This document shows, piece after piece, positions 27,620 through 37,874 of a stretch of DNA of 64,000 nt (positions are counted from its first letter, which is position 1; each line of letters begins with the position of its first letter). The notes under the pieces are model-generated. The model worked only from the letters and a program-made list of their open reading frames with translations. It ran no database searches and was not told the DNA's origin. The DNA is from an uncultured Deferribacteres bacterium (GTDB taxonomy: Bacteria > Zhuqueibacterota > JdFR-76 > BMS3Abin05). The stretch lies in contig CAZOHG010000013.1 in the NCBI GenBank assembly GCA_964579725.1, positions 544 through 64,543 on the forward strand. Direction: 5' to 3'. A program made the translations under genes and the position numbers.

Positions 27620-27718
27620 GGGCTAATCCAACTTTAGTAAAATTTCCAAAATCCGGTGCGGAGCCTTTCGCTTTGTCCCACTCAAAAGGGCCAGGCCAAG
27701 TGAGGGGAGCTGGAAAAA

Positions 27719-29089
27719 TCAGCGTTGCGTGTGGTGCCACGCAACCAACAGAAGGCGGCGTGCAATTTCTTCAAAGTAATCCCCCATGTAGGGACCGTAA
27801 AAAGACATCAGCCGCGATTCGTACGCATTGTAGTGGTAGTATTTTCCGGGCACCACGTATCCCAGGTAGCTTCCGTTAAAACTGGTGGGAACCAATTGAA
27901 GGCCCTTTTCAAAAGCCAACGCTTTGAGAACCAGTCCGATTTCGCCGCTCAGCTCAGCCGGAATGCCGATAAAGATTTCTTTCCCCAACAAAACGGCGTT
28001 AAAAAAGGTGTCTCTTTCTTTTAAAATTTTGGCGGCTAAGAAAGGCGCCAGCCGCAAATTGTCAGAAATCCGAATGGTGTACGAAGGCAAGGCTACCGGC
28101 ACACCCACGGGCAGCAGGGGGACATTGGCGTGAAAAGACGTGGTTTTGAGGTGAAAAAGAACGCTGTCCGCAAGAGCTTCACCGATCATTTTGGCGCGGT
28201 CAAAGTCCTTGCCTTTGCCCGCCGGGCGGTGGCTGCCCACGCCGCCCGCAAAAAAGACACAGTGTCCGGGGAGGGCCCGTTCCAATTTTCGCTCCAAATA
28301 CCCGGGGTAATCGGCGGAAATGAGGAAATTGCTGGCGGGGAGTACTGTGGCGTGAGCGCCGAAAGAAACGAGGACAATTTGCTTGCCGGAATCAGTGCGA
28401 AAGGCCGTAAACACGGCCTGGTCGTCTGTCCAGCCCTTTTTGCCGATTAGCCGGTTTCGAATGAGGCCGGGAGCGTGAAAATTCCCCCAGCCAACCTCGG
28501 CTCTTTCAAAATGAGCGGTGGCTTGCTCAATAGCGGCCACAAATTGGCGAATTAAAAAGTGCAGAATTTTGGGGTCGTTTTTTCCTGCGAATTGTTCTTC
28601 TAACCAGGTGGTTCCCCAGGCGCCGACGGCCGAGTGCGAATGGGTGGCGCCAAAGAGAATCTGGCGGCGGTCAATGCCCAATTTGGGGTGAATCTCCGCC
28701 AGTACGCTGTCCGCTAATTGGCGGGGTACAATAAGAATGTCCCCCGCCACCAAAATGGCTTCCTGCCCGCCGGATTTCAGGGCAATGGCACGGACGAAGA
28801 GGGAGTCGTGCACGCCCACCGAGGGCTTTCCCTTGCGGTCTCCGTAACCGGCCAGCGGCGTGCCTACGGGTGGCGTAATGGAAGCTTTTCCGAATCCCAC
28901 AAAAAGCGGAGCCGGTTTTGTGTGAGGAAGAGCCGCGTCAACCGCCCTTAAGTTGGTCATGGTTTTGGCGTAGTACCCGGTTTGAAAATAGGGGGTGTAG
29001 TCCACCGGACGAATGACCACAAAGGCAAGAACGACGCCCAAAATCAGAAGGGCGACCACCCCCCAGATAATTTTGCGAAAGATTTTCAT
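27719..29089 (-). CDS. Neutral/alkaline ceramidase N-terminal-domain-like hydrolase, membrane-anchored
   Basis: N-terminal TM helix. GYGDRKGKPSVGVHDSLFVRAIAL matches the GYG..R...G.HD.L..RA..L motif of the ceramidase N-terminal domain. Confidence 0.45.
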   Translation of the reverse strand: MKIFRKIIWGVVALLILGVVLAFVVIRPVDYTPYFQTGYYAKTMTNLRAVDAALPHTKPAPLFVGFGKASITPPVGTPLAGYGDRKGKPSVGVHDSLFVRAIALKSGGQEAILVAGDILIVPRQLADSVLAEIHPKLGIDRRQILFGATHSHSAVGAWGTTWLEEQFAGKNDPKILHFLIRQFVAAIEQATAHFERAEVGWGNFHAPGLIRNRLIGKKGWTDDQAVFTAFRTDSGKQIVLVSFGAHATVLPASNFLISADYPGYLERKLERALPGHCVFFAGGVGSHRPAGKGKDFDRAKMIGEALADSVLFHLKTTSFHANVPLLPVGVPVALPSYTIRISDNLRLAPFLAAKILKERDTFFNAVLLGKEIFIGIPAELSGEIGLVLKALAFEKGLQLVPTSFNGSYLGYVVPGKYYHYNAYESRLMSFYGPYMGDYFEEIARRLLLVAWHHTQR

Positions 29090-29200
29090 GGCTTCGTTTT
29101 CCTCGATTTTTTTTACCGACGGGAACCGGCGATGGGTCACTGCTATTTTTGACTTGTTTTTTGTAGAACCGCACAGAATCGCGGCCCAAAACAGAAAAAA

Positions 29201-30202
29201 CTAAACCAAACGTTCCACCTCCACAGGTTTTTTCTGCTTGGCCGATTGAATCAGAGCTTCCAAAACAAGCAGATTTTGGAGTCCCATTTCGCCGGTAACT
29301 TCGGGTTCTTTTCCTTCTAAAATACAGTGTGCGAATTCACAGATTTCATTTTTGTACGCCTGGTCGTCAGGTTCGGTAAACGTGGTTTTGAGAGATTCGT
29401 CACGGCCGCCGTGGAGGCGGGTAAGCGTGACACTCTTAAAATCCAAAAAGGCGTTGTACTCCGTGCCAAAGATATTCAGGTAAAAAGCGTGTCGGGCCAC
29501 GTAGTGGCTGGAAAATGTGCCCAAAATATTCCCCTGGAATTTGAACAGCGAGACGCTGCTGTCTAAGGCGTCGCCGGGCATGAGCGTGTGCTGCTGGAAG
29601 GAAAAGCCTTCTACAATGGGTCCCAAAAGGTACTGAAGGGTGTCGATTCCGTGGATGCCCAATTGCATGAGCGGTACGACCGGGCAGGTGGTTTTATGGG
29701 TTTTCCAGGCGGGAACGGCAGCATCGAGACCGGAAGGGGAGGAAAAGTTCCCTTCAATGCCCACACCCTGTCCCAATTGGCCGGATTCAAGCAACCGGCG
29801 CGCGTGTCGAAAAGCCGCGTATTTGCGAACGTGGTGTCCCACTTCTAAAACAACACCGGCTTCTCGTGCGGCTTTTACAATGGCGCGGCCGTCTTCCACC
29901 GTGTTGGCAATCGGTTTTTCGAGGAAAATGTGTTTCCCGCTGGCGGCAGCTTTTTCCGCCTGCCTTCTGTGCAAATGGTTGGGGGACACAATCGCTACGG
30001 CGTCCAATTCGGGGCTGGTCAGAACCGCCTCGTCGGATTGAGACGGTGTACAACCAAGTTCCTCCACGGCCTCTTGCAGGGCCTCCGTGTTCGGGTCGAA
30101 ACAGCGGACGATCTCAAAAGCGTCGCACGCCCTTACGGCGCGCCGAATGGTGTGCCCGTGGCCCCCCACGCCTACCAAACCGATTTTTATTTTGTCTGAC
30201 AT
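29201..30202 (-). CDS. Gfo/Idh/MocA family NAD(P)-dependent oxidoreductase
   Basis: KIGLVGVGGHG Rossmann start, EKP motif (IFLEKPIA), and a C-terminal alpha/beta domain. Confidence 0.8.
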   Translation of the reverse strand: MSDKIKIGLVGVGGHGHTIRRAVRACDAFEIVRCFDPNTEALQEAVEELGCTPSQSDEAVLTSPELDAVAIVSPNHLHRRQAEKAAASGKHIFLEKPIANTVEDGRAIVKAAREAGVVLEVGHHVRKYAAFRHARRLLESGQLGQGVGIEGNFSSPSGLDAAVPAWKTHKTTCPVVPLMQLGIHGIDTLQYLLGPIVEGFSFQQHTLMPGDALDSSVSLFKFQGNILGTFSSHYVARHAFYLNIFGTEYNAFLDFKSVTLTRLHGGRDESLKTTFTEPDDQAYKNEICEFAHCILEGKEPEVTGEMGLQNLLVLEALIQSAKQKKPVEVERLV

Positions 30203-30218
30203 CTGGTCTCCTTTTCAG

Positions 30219-33089
30219 TTAGCGTTTTCCGGTAGCCGGATTCCAGGCTTCAATCACAAAATAGGGCCGTGCCTTCCACGTGTCCGGAAATTTGGTGCCG
30301 TTGTTGTGCACGTCGATTGCCTCCAGGTGGAAAAGTGCGCCGTGAAACGTCAGGGGTACGGTAGCACGGTAAAGATTTTTTCCCACTTTTTTCATGGGAA
30401 GCGCCTTCCAGGGAGCGTACGAGGGGAGTTCCTTGTAGTAAACTTTGGCGGATTTCACGCCGGAAGCGTCCCAAATAGTGGCTTCCACAGTAAAATGACT
30501 GGCAGGAATTTTCACACCGCGAAAAGTGTAGCGAATGGTGGGCGGTGTGTCATCTTGCGTAACGTCCACCACAAAGGGATGCTCGGGTGCGTTTTGCGGC
30601 CAGAAACACGTGTGGCCTCTGGCGACGGCCTTTAAGTAGTATTCCACGTGTGACGTATTTTGGGTCAGTTTTGCCGGCAGCGTGGCCAGAAATGTAATGT
30701 TAGGGTAAAACCGCCTTAATTCTATTTGTTGGTACGTCTTTTCTCCCTGGCGGCGGAAAAATACCCACACCCTGCCTCTCGGGGCGTGTTTCAGGCCGCC
30801 TTTCCAGAATTTCAGGCTGGCTGTAATGCGCAGCACCTCACCCGGTTTAGTCCGAAAAACGGGAAGGTGGCCAATTTTTAGCGGCCCCTTGTAGTTAGCG
30901 TTGGCCTGCGCCAACCAGTAAAGCTCGTCACGCAAAGTTTGAATATCCGATTTCAAAATGGGGAGCTGGGCAGCCCAGGTGTAATCATTGGTGCGCATGC
31001 GAAGTTCTTCCACAATCGGGTGGTAATGAATGGCCGTGATTTTGGCCAGGTCTTTCCAGTAGTCGTAGGCGCGTTGTGCGTGTCGGATGGCCGGTTTCAG
31101 CGTCCCCCAATCCCCGGTCTGTTTAAAATATTCCAACTGGACGGCGGCGAGGAATTTTTCGCTGTAGTAAAGAGCCAGGTCTGCCAGAGCCTCGGCGTCC
31201 ATTCGCGTACATTCGTATTCCTTGTTGTTCAAATCGACCTCGGTGTTGGCTTTTCGAATGGTGGTAAAAATATGATTGGCCAACCTTTTCAACCGTCTGG
31301 AAACCTCCAGGGGTGAATGGCGTCCCGAAACCTTTCCGCTCAGTTGTTCCGTGACGAACTCTCGCACACCGGAATAGGCGGTGGAATCCAGTGCCGTGAC
31401 CGGCAGGAATCCATCGATGCCCAGATCGACCCGGGTTTCGACCCAGCGGAAAGCACCGTTTCCCACCTCGTATTCAGGAGCGTCTGCGCGATGGTCCACG
31501 CCGAGGCAGTGGGCCTGGTACACCAAAGGGATGACCTTGCTGGAGGTTGCAACCAGGTCTTCTACGTCTTGTGCCCCCACTTTCCCGAAGCGGCGCTCGA
31601 AAGCCTTCATCCACACTCGCGCGTCCTCGTGGGGATTGTAGGACAGGCGGCCCCAGAGCAAATTCCAGAACCAATTGCGTTGGAAACCCCAATCGAAAAA
31701 GTGGTGGTCCACCCGTTCCGTGTTGTGGTAGAAATCTGTCCAAGGGAAATAGGCTTCCATCGGTTCAATGGTGAAGCCAACGCCGTTGCCGAAATGCAGG
31801 GTTTCGACGGTGCGGCGTACAAATTCCGGGTCCCCCCAACGAAAAATACGGTGTGTTCCGTTGAACCGCACCTGCCAAATGATCTGGTAGTTCTGGGGAC
31901 GATCCGTGTAATTTTCGTAGGAATAGCTTAAATGCCACGGTCGGCGACCGGTGATGGCATGGTACGGGGCTCCCATGTGTTCCCCGTTGTATTTAATTTC
32001 GACGAAAAAACGGCCGGGGTAGCAACTGGCCAAACTGTCCACTGTTTTGCGTGTGGTCAGCCAGCTTCGGGTGTACAAATGCATGTCGGTTCGCCCGGCG
32101 TCTTTAATGCCCGCCACGTAGGTGTCCCGGAAAAAGCCCCCGCGCTTGCCGGATTCACCGATTCGGAATCCGAAAGTCCAGAGCCCGGGCACCGCTTTCA
32201 GAAATTTGGCCGTCACTTCCCGAATGTAAAGTTCCAGGTCTTTTCCCCTCAGTTTGGGGCGCAAAATGTGCGGGTCACCCCGAAAGCGACCCGGCCGGAT
32301 TTGCCCCGGCCGCGAGTCCAGGCTGTAATTCATGATGCCCACGTGAATGCCGCGTTCTTCGGCCATGGCAATGATTTTGTTGAGCATCGCGACGTTCCGA
32401 CGACATTCCTGAGGAGGGGAACCGATTTCCGGAAAGCGGTCCGATTTGACAAAATAGGTAAAAAGGTTGAAAAAATTGGTGTTGTACACGTCGTAAACCC
32501 CGTGAATGTCCAGAAGATTAAACCGATTAAAGGAAAGTTGGTCCAGGTACTTTGTCCAGAAATCCAAGCTGTAAAACCACGAAGCCTTGTTCCACAACGC
32601 CTGCGTGTGTAAAAAGGGATTCACGGCGCGAATTTTGACGAAAGGCGTTTCGGATTTCGGGTGAACGCGGTGCAGGAGTTTTTCGTTTGGAGCGCCCCAG
32701 CTCACCTGTTCCGCCACGTCGTAGGTTCCGTACATGGTTCCGACGGGGTCGGAGCCCAGCACAAAGATAGTCTTTTTCCGAATCCGAAGCGCAAAGGATT
32801 CTCCTTTTGAAAAGTGGAGATTCCAGCGGGAAGCCAGTTTTTTGCCCTCGGACGAACGGGTGTCGACCACGCGAATGGTAACCAGATTTTGCGAATGGCC
32901 GTTTTGGGTGACGTTGAACCCAGCCGCCTGAAGTTTTTGGGTCAAAACTTCCACGCCGTGTCGAATTTGCGGGGCGGCTTTTGGGGGGACGAGAAGATTC
33001 ACCGTCTCACCGGCCAAGGCAATGGAAATAAAGGTGAAGAAAAGAATCCAACTGAACAAAATGCGCCGAAAAGAATGTGAATACGTCAT
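30219..33089 (-). CDS. Large secreted glycoside-hydrolase-like protein, family unassigned
   Basis: 956 aa with a signal peptide and no family-defining motif that I could recognise. Sits between a sugar dehydrogenase and a polysaccharide lyase. Confidence 0.4.
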   Translation of the reverse strand: MTYSHSFRRILFSWILFFTFISIALAGETVNLLVPPKAAPQIRHGVEVLTQKLQAAGFNVTQNGHSQNLVTIRVVDTRSSEGKKLASRWNLHFSKGESFALRIRKKTIFVLGSDPVGTMYGTYDVAEQVSWGAPNEKLLHRVHPKSETPFVKIRAVNPFLHTQALWNKASWFYSLDFWTKYLDQLSFNRFNLLDIHGVYDVYNTNFFNLFTYFVKSDRFPEIGSPPQECRRNVAMLNKIIAMAEERGIHVGIMNYSLDSRPGQIRPGRFRGDPHILRPKLRGKDLELYIREVTAKFLKAVPGLWTFGFRIGESGKRGGFFRDTYVAGIKDAGRTDMHLYTRSWLTTRKTVDSLASCYPGRFFVEIKYNGEHMGAPYHAITGRRPWHLSYSYENYTDRPQNYQIIWQVRFNGTHRIFRWGDPEFVRRTVETLHFGNGVGFTIEPMEAYFPWTDFYHNTERVDHHFFDWGFQRNWFWNLLWGRLSYNPHEDARVWMKAFERRFGKVGAQDVEDLVATSSKVIPLVYQAHCLGVDHRADAPEYEVGNGAFRWVETRVDLGIDGFLPVTALDSTAYSGVREFVTEQLSGKVSGRHSPLEVSRRLKRLANHIFTTIRKANTEVDLNNKEYECTRMDAEALADLALYYSEKFLAAVQLEYFKQTGDWGTLKPAIRHAQRAYDYWKDLAKITAIHYHPIVEELRMRTNDYTWAAQLPILKSDIQTLRDELYWLAQANANYKGPLKIGHLPVFRTKPGEVLRITASLKFWKGGLKHAPRGRVWVFFRRQGEKTYQQIELRRFYPNITFLATLPAKLTQNTSHVEYYLKAVARGHTCFWPQNAPEHPFVVDVTQDDTPPTIRYTFRGVKIPASHFTVEATIWDASGVKSAKVYYKELPSYAPWKALPMKKVGKNLYRATVPLTFHGALFHLEAIDVHNNGTKFPDTWKARPYFVIEAWNPATGKR

Positions 33090-33433
33090 TTTGCACTCCC
33101 TTTTTTGATTGTTTCTGGAGAAGACAATCGTTCGCTTTTAGAGCCAAGCGAAAAAATCAAAAAATATTTTTTTTACCCAATACCAGGCAGCTTCCATGTG
33201 AAACGCAGGCGTCGCATTCAAAGCGCAAGGTTCCGCCCCAGCGGAAGCCGCTGAAAGTGCGTCAAAATTGCCCAAAGGGTGTTTCTGGGTTTTCAAAGAA
33301 TTTTGGAAAAATCTCCTGAACCGAAACGCCTAAAAGGTAAAAATTCCGCTTAAAAGAGTCAAGCCGTTTTTGCCCTTTCCTGAAATTGCAGAGAAAATTC
33401 GCAGATGCCGCCAGCGGCTTTTGCTCGATAAAA

Positions 33434-35461
33434 TTAGCCGCGCTGAATCACGAAATCGGGAATCAGCGGATCCGTTGAAAAAGAAACGGTGATCGGTTGT
33501 CCGCTAATCTGGGCGCTAACGCTCCAACGCCGGTCCGCGCGTGTGAGCGAAAGCGGCGTCTGAGAGGCGTCTGCTTTTTGCGCTACACAGGCGGTGAGTA
33601 GGGTGACATCCTTTCCCTTCTGCCCGGCTGTGAGTTCCAGGTAGGGAAAAACACCGTATTTTTTGGGAACGGGAAATGTGCCGACTGCCAATTGGGCTTC
33701 CCCCGAGGCGGCCGTGAGTCCAACTAATTTTGCCTCAGGCCGATTGAAAACAAACCGTTCTTTTTGAAAGGAGATCTTCCCCTTGTTGTCTTCGTTTTCA
33801 ATAAACCATCTGGCCTGAAACCGAGCAGGTTCGGTTTTCATTCGGAGACGGTCAACAACCAAAAAGAATCGCAGCTCGGGAATCACCAAAAAGGAGCGAA
33901 AAACGGCGGCCACGTCGGGCGTCACCAATTGGTAAGCCTGCGTAGCATCACTGGTAACGGCCGCGTGCCAGTCGGACACCTGCCGGTTTACCACCTTGGC
34001 ATGTGCTTTGGAGGAGTTTGTACCCTCCAGACCCTTGTGGTACTGGTGTCCTTTGCCGTTAATGAGCACCGTGTTGTGTGCCGGAGAAGTCCGCAGCGGC
34101 CACCCCGGATCCAGATGATTGTAAGGCGGGTGCCAGTTGTCCACAAATAGATTTTCGTTGCAGCATTTTACAATGAGGCTGTTGCGGTCGGCGTGTTCGT
34201 GATTGGCCGGCGGGCCGCTTCGCAAAGCTAAAAGAAAATCTTTTGGGTCAAATCCTGTGGTAGCAATTACCCAACCGGTGTCAAAAGTCCGGAAAAACCA
34301 CTTTCCCTTGGGCGGAATGGCTGGCATTTTGGGGTTGTACCAAAGCACCGAAAAGGGGGTGTGGTACTGACTTTTATTTTCAGCTGCCCACTGTGCCCGC
34401 GCGTTGCCGTAACGGTTAGCCACCCAGAAGCCGATTTCCGAGCTGAATCCGCCCCCGCCATCTCCGAAATTGACGTGGGCTTCAACCGGGTGAGTGGAAG
34501 AGGGCATGGTGGTCATGAGGAAGAAATCCATGACGCCGGGCCAATTGACTGCTTTGTACCAATCGTCGCCTCGGGTTCGCTGCAGTGCATTCAGAAAGAG
34601 GATGAGTTCCTGGCTGGCGTAACGGCAGTAACTGGTTCCCTCCGGGTAGCTGCCATCCGGCTGGTAGGTGGGGCTGAAATCGTCGTAGCTTTCTTGAACC
34701 ACATTCAACCATTCCGGCGTGCGGGGGGAGAGCTTTCCCAAAAACAAAGCGCCGAGTCCGAGGGCGCTCAGAGGAACCGCTCGCAAATTGGTGTGACGCA
34801 GGATGTAAGGCCAATGGCTCATGTCCCGTACTTCATGGTAGCTGCTTTCCGGGTCGAAGCCCCACCCCAAAACACTTTTGGGGTGAAGCATTCCGTACAA
34901 ACTGCGGTAACACGGTTCGCAACCCTTGACAGGAAGCTGTTGCATGATTTCCCGCCGCTCTTCGGCTGAGAGAAAGGTGTCGAGATACGAATAGGCCAGC
35001 ACCGTTGCCTTTACGGTTAGCGGCGCCCGCTGGAGGCCAATAATGTATTTTCCGCCGTCAATAAAATAATCCCATTTCTTAAATTGAAGAATTTTCTGGA
35101 GGGCCAGGCGCGCTAAATTCCCACGGCGCTTGTTTTCCGTCATGGCGAAAACAAAGGATTCGCGCATGAGGATTTTGTCCGCTCGGAGCAGGTGATGAAT
35201 TTGATTGTTCAATTGAATATCTTTTCGGAGAAATTTTTCGTCGTCCTTCAGGTCAGCCTTCAAAAACTTCTCCCAAAACGATTGAAAAAGGGGCAGTTTT
35301 AATTTTTCCCGAATTTCCGGGAGTTTGGCCGGATCAAAAAAGAGATTGCGGCGTGGGAAGGAGCCAGAGGAGCTTGCAAGGGCGGTTAGATTCAAGGGAG
35401 GCAAAAAAAGAGCGCCGGAAAGCAATCCGCTCAGTTTTAAAAAATCGCGTCGTGTTTTCAT
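33434..35461 (-). CDS. Heparinase II/III-like polysaccharide lyase (Tat-secreted)
   Basis: Twin-arginine signal (RRDFLKLSGLL); N-terminal alpha/alpha toroid region; PANHEHADRNSLIV resembling the GHGHAD motif of the Hepar_II_III family. Confidence 0.55.
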   Translation of the reverse strand: MKTRRDFLKLSGLLSGALFLPPLNLTALASSSGSFPRRNLFFDPAKLPEIREKLKLPLFQSFWEKFLKADLKDDEKFLRKDIQLNNQIHHLLRADKILMRESFVFAMTENKRRGNLARLALQKILQFKKWDYFIDGGKYIIGLQRAPLTVKATVLAYSYLDTFLSAEERREIMQQLPVKGCEPCYRSLYGMLHPKSVLGWGFDPESSYHEVRDMSHWPYILRHTNLRAVPLSALGLGALFLGKLSPRTPEWLNVVQESYDDFSPTYQPDGSYPEGTSYCRYASQELILFLNALQRTRGDDWYKAVNWPGVMDFFLMTTMPSSTHPVEAHVNFGDGGGGFSSEIGFWVANRYGNARAQWAAENKSQYHTPFSVLWYNPKMPAIPPKGKWFFRTFDTGWVIATTGFDPKDFLLALRSGPPANHEHADRNSLIVKCCNENLFVDNWHPPYNHLDPGWPLRTSPAHNTVLINGKGHQYHKGLEGTNSSKAHAKVVNRQVSDWHAAVTSDATQAYQLVTPDVAAVFRSFLVIPELRFFLVVDRLRMKTEPARFQARWFIENEDNKGKISFQKERFVFNRPEAKLVGLTAASGEAQLAVGTFPVPKKYGVFPYLELTAGQKGKDVTLLTACVAQKADASQTPLSLTRADRRWSVSAQISGQPITVSFSTDPLIPDFVIQRG

Positions 35462-35681
35462 TGCTGAACTCCTTGTTTTTTAGGTCTTCTAATTAAAATC
35501 TCTTACCATTATTCGTTCATTTCAAATCATTTGAGATTTCGCTTTACGACATTTCGTTCTGACCTATTTTCCGCCCAAAATTCAATGAGCAAATTAGAAA
35601 TTGAATAGTTCCAAGGGGGCCGCCACTTTGTGACGTTTTTGCAAAAACAACTGTTTGAGCGCTCCCTTTGGAAGAAATAGG

Positions 35682-37625
35682 CTAATCCACCGCTTTTCTG
35701 GACAGTAACATCAGAAATCCGGTGATTCCCAGAAATCCGGCGACGGCAAAATTAACCCCAATGTCACTGCGGGCAGCAGGGAAAACCAAAATCGCCAGGG
35801 CCAAGGCCGCTAATAGCAGCGAAATGGTTCCCACCATTGGGAAAATATTCACCTCTTTCACACCTCGGGAAAGCACCTCTTTTTCGACGTCAATGGGGGT
35901 GTCCATTTTAACAAAAAATTCGCGGACTTCTTCGGAGGGATTGGTTAAATCCCGGGCGTACAATTTTGAGAAAAAATAGGCGATTGTAAAAAATCCCAGA
36001 GCCGTCAGAATTGCCCAAAAAGACGAGGAAAGCAACCAATCCGGCGAGAGCGCCCGAAATTGCGACGTCAACGTCCCAAAGGAAAGGCTGGGATTGTGAT
36101 TGAGAATGAGACTGTACCCCCAGAGCAGAAAGGCCAACACGGCACTGCCTCCCGCCGCCCACTGTTTGCCGCGTAGGTAGAGCTTCCCGAAAGGCAGGGA
36201 GATGTAGATGAAAAGGAGCGTCACGACAATGGTGGAAATGTACTGCTGCCCGAGCGAATAATGAAGCAAGAAGCGCGCGGTCGCCGCCATGAGCGTCCCT
36301 GCCAAAATGGACGAAAAAGCCGACCACCGGGAAATATTCCGAGACATGATTCCGAGAAAAAGGGGAATGGCCACCGGAACGCCTGTCAAACCGAAGAAAA
36401 TGTTGCTGAAGGTGAAAACGCCGTAAGAACTGTGAATAATGACCAGCGCCAGTGTGATGGCAATGGCCGCCAGAAAAACCATGGTAATGCGCCCCACGCG
36501 CAGGACGGTTTTTTCACTGGCATCGGGGTTGAAAATGTTTTTGTAAATGTCCACCGAAATAATGGACGACACTGCGTTCCACACGCTGTCCATGGCGGAC
36601 ATGGAAGCCGCCATCATGGCCGAGAGGAAAATTCCCACCATTCCCGCCGGCATGTATTTGAGAACCACCGCAATGAAGATATTCTCGTCCGGCTTGGTCA
36701 CGTTCGAAAATTCCTTGAGCAAGTGAATATTGGGCCAGAGCACTTTTCCAATCAAAGGCGGGATTCCGAAAAGAATCGGAGCCGTCAAAAACAGACCGAA
36801 AGCCAGCCAGCCCACTTTCATGGCGGCTTTTTCGTCTTTGACGCTGTAGTAGCGCTGGGCCTTGTCTCCCACAGCGGTGCCAAAAATATTGTAAAAGAGA
36901 ATACCGAAAATGTACCACAGGGTGTACGTGGTTTTCCCGCGGATGACGTGGTGGAAGGTGAGCGGTGGAAGCTCTCGAAAAAAGTGAGCCACGGAGCCCA
37001 AATCTCCCGTCAGAAAGACGGTGGGAACCAGAACCAAACAGATCGCCATGAGAATGAGAAACTGTACGACGTCGGTGACGCACACCGCCCAGAGTCCGCC
37101 GGAAATGGTGTAAATCAAAATCACAATGCCCGTGACAACGATCATGATGTCAATAGCCAACATGGAATTTGGAAAGAGAGCCGGTGCACAGATTTTGCTC
37201 AGCGAGGCCAAATGGTGAGCGGGCCAGTACACCATGCTGAGCGCCAAAATGGTGGCCAAAAACAGGTGAGTGGTTTTGTTGAAGCGGGTTTGAATGTATT
37301 CCACGGGGGAGGTCATGCGCGTACGACGCCAGCGTTTGGCGGAAAGCTGAAACCCAATGATGAAAGAAATTGGCCAGGTGACAAAATACAACAGGCCGAA
37401 CCAGCTGGTGTTGTAAATGAAACTGGCCGCTCCCGTAAACGTCCACGCGGAGAAAAGGGTCATGTAGAGGGAAACTCCCGACACCCACCAGGGAATTAAA
37501 TTTCCGCCGACGAAGAAATCTTTGCCCTCTTTCATAAATCTGGAAAAATAGAAACCAATAGCAAGCATGAAAATCAGGTAAATTCCGATTACAATGTAAT
37601 CGACCGCCGGAAGCCCAAAATGCAT
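35682..37625 (-). CDS. Sodium:solute symporter (SSS) family transporter
   Basis: 647 aa with about 14 or more TM helices. SSS-type N-terminus (IYLIFMLAIGFYFSRFMKEGKDFFVGGNLIPWWVSGVSLYMT). Confidence 0.75.
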   Translation of the reverse strand: MHFGLPAVDYIVIGIYLIFMLAIGFYFSRFMKEGKDFFVGGNLIPWWVSGVSLYMTLFSAWTFTGAASFIYNTSWFGLLYFVTWPISFIIGFQLSAKRWRRTRMTSPVEYIQTRFNKTTHLFLATILALSMVYWPAHHLASLSKICAPALFPNSMLAIDIMIVVTGIVILIYTISGGLWAVCVTDVVQFLILMAICLVLVPTVFLTGDLGSVAHFFRELPPLTFHHVIRGKTTYTLWYIFGILFYNIFGTAVGDKAQRYYSVKDEKAAMKVGWLAFGLFLTAPILFGIPPLIGKVLWPNIHLLKEFSNVTKPDENIFIAVVLKYMPAGMVGIFLSAMMAASMSAMDSVWNAVSSIISVDIYKNIFNPDASEKTVLRVGRITMVFLAAIAITLALVIIHSSYGVFTFSNIFFGLTGVPVAIPLFLGIMSRNISRWSAFSSILAGTLMAATARFLLHYSLGQQYISTIVVTLLFIYISLPFGKLYLRGKQWAAGGSAVLAFLLWGYSLILNHNPSLSFGTLTSQFRALSPDWLLSSSFWAILTALGFFTIAYFFSKLYARDLTNPSEEVREFFVKMDTPIDVEKEVLSRGVKEVNIFPMVGTISLLLAALALAILVFPAARSDIGVNFAVAGFLGITGFLMLLSRKAVD

Positions 37626-37874
37626 GTCAGGTCCTTCTACTTAGAGGTTAGGTCATCGCGAGATTCGAAGTTGAATCCCGCATCCAAAAAACAATCGACA
37701 AAATCTGCAGGCGGCTTTGTTCGATCGAAACTGAAATTCCGCCAATTTCCCCAATTCCAAATTAAGAGAAACGCCTTTCACAAAATACGCATTTATTTTT
37801 AAAACAGCAAGAGCGTAATTGGATTTTTAATTCTCGTGCTGCTTCTCTGCGGTTTGAAACCGGCCTGAGGCCGT

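Noticed and set aside
36261-37499. 412-aa plus-strand ORF rich in His/Arg/Gly/Asn, antisense to the SSS transporter
   Set aside because: Low-complexity translation, fully antisense to a well-supported transporter gene, with no start context. A typical shadow ORF.
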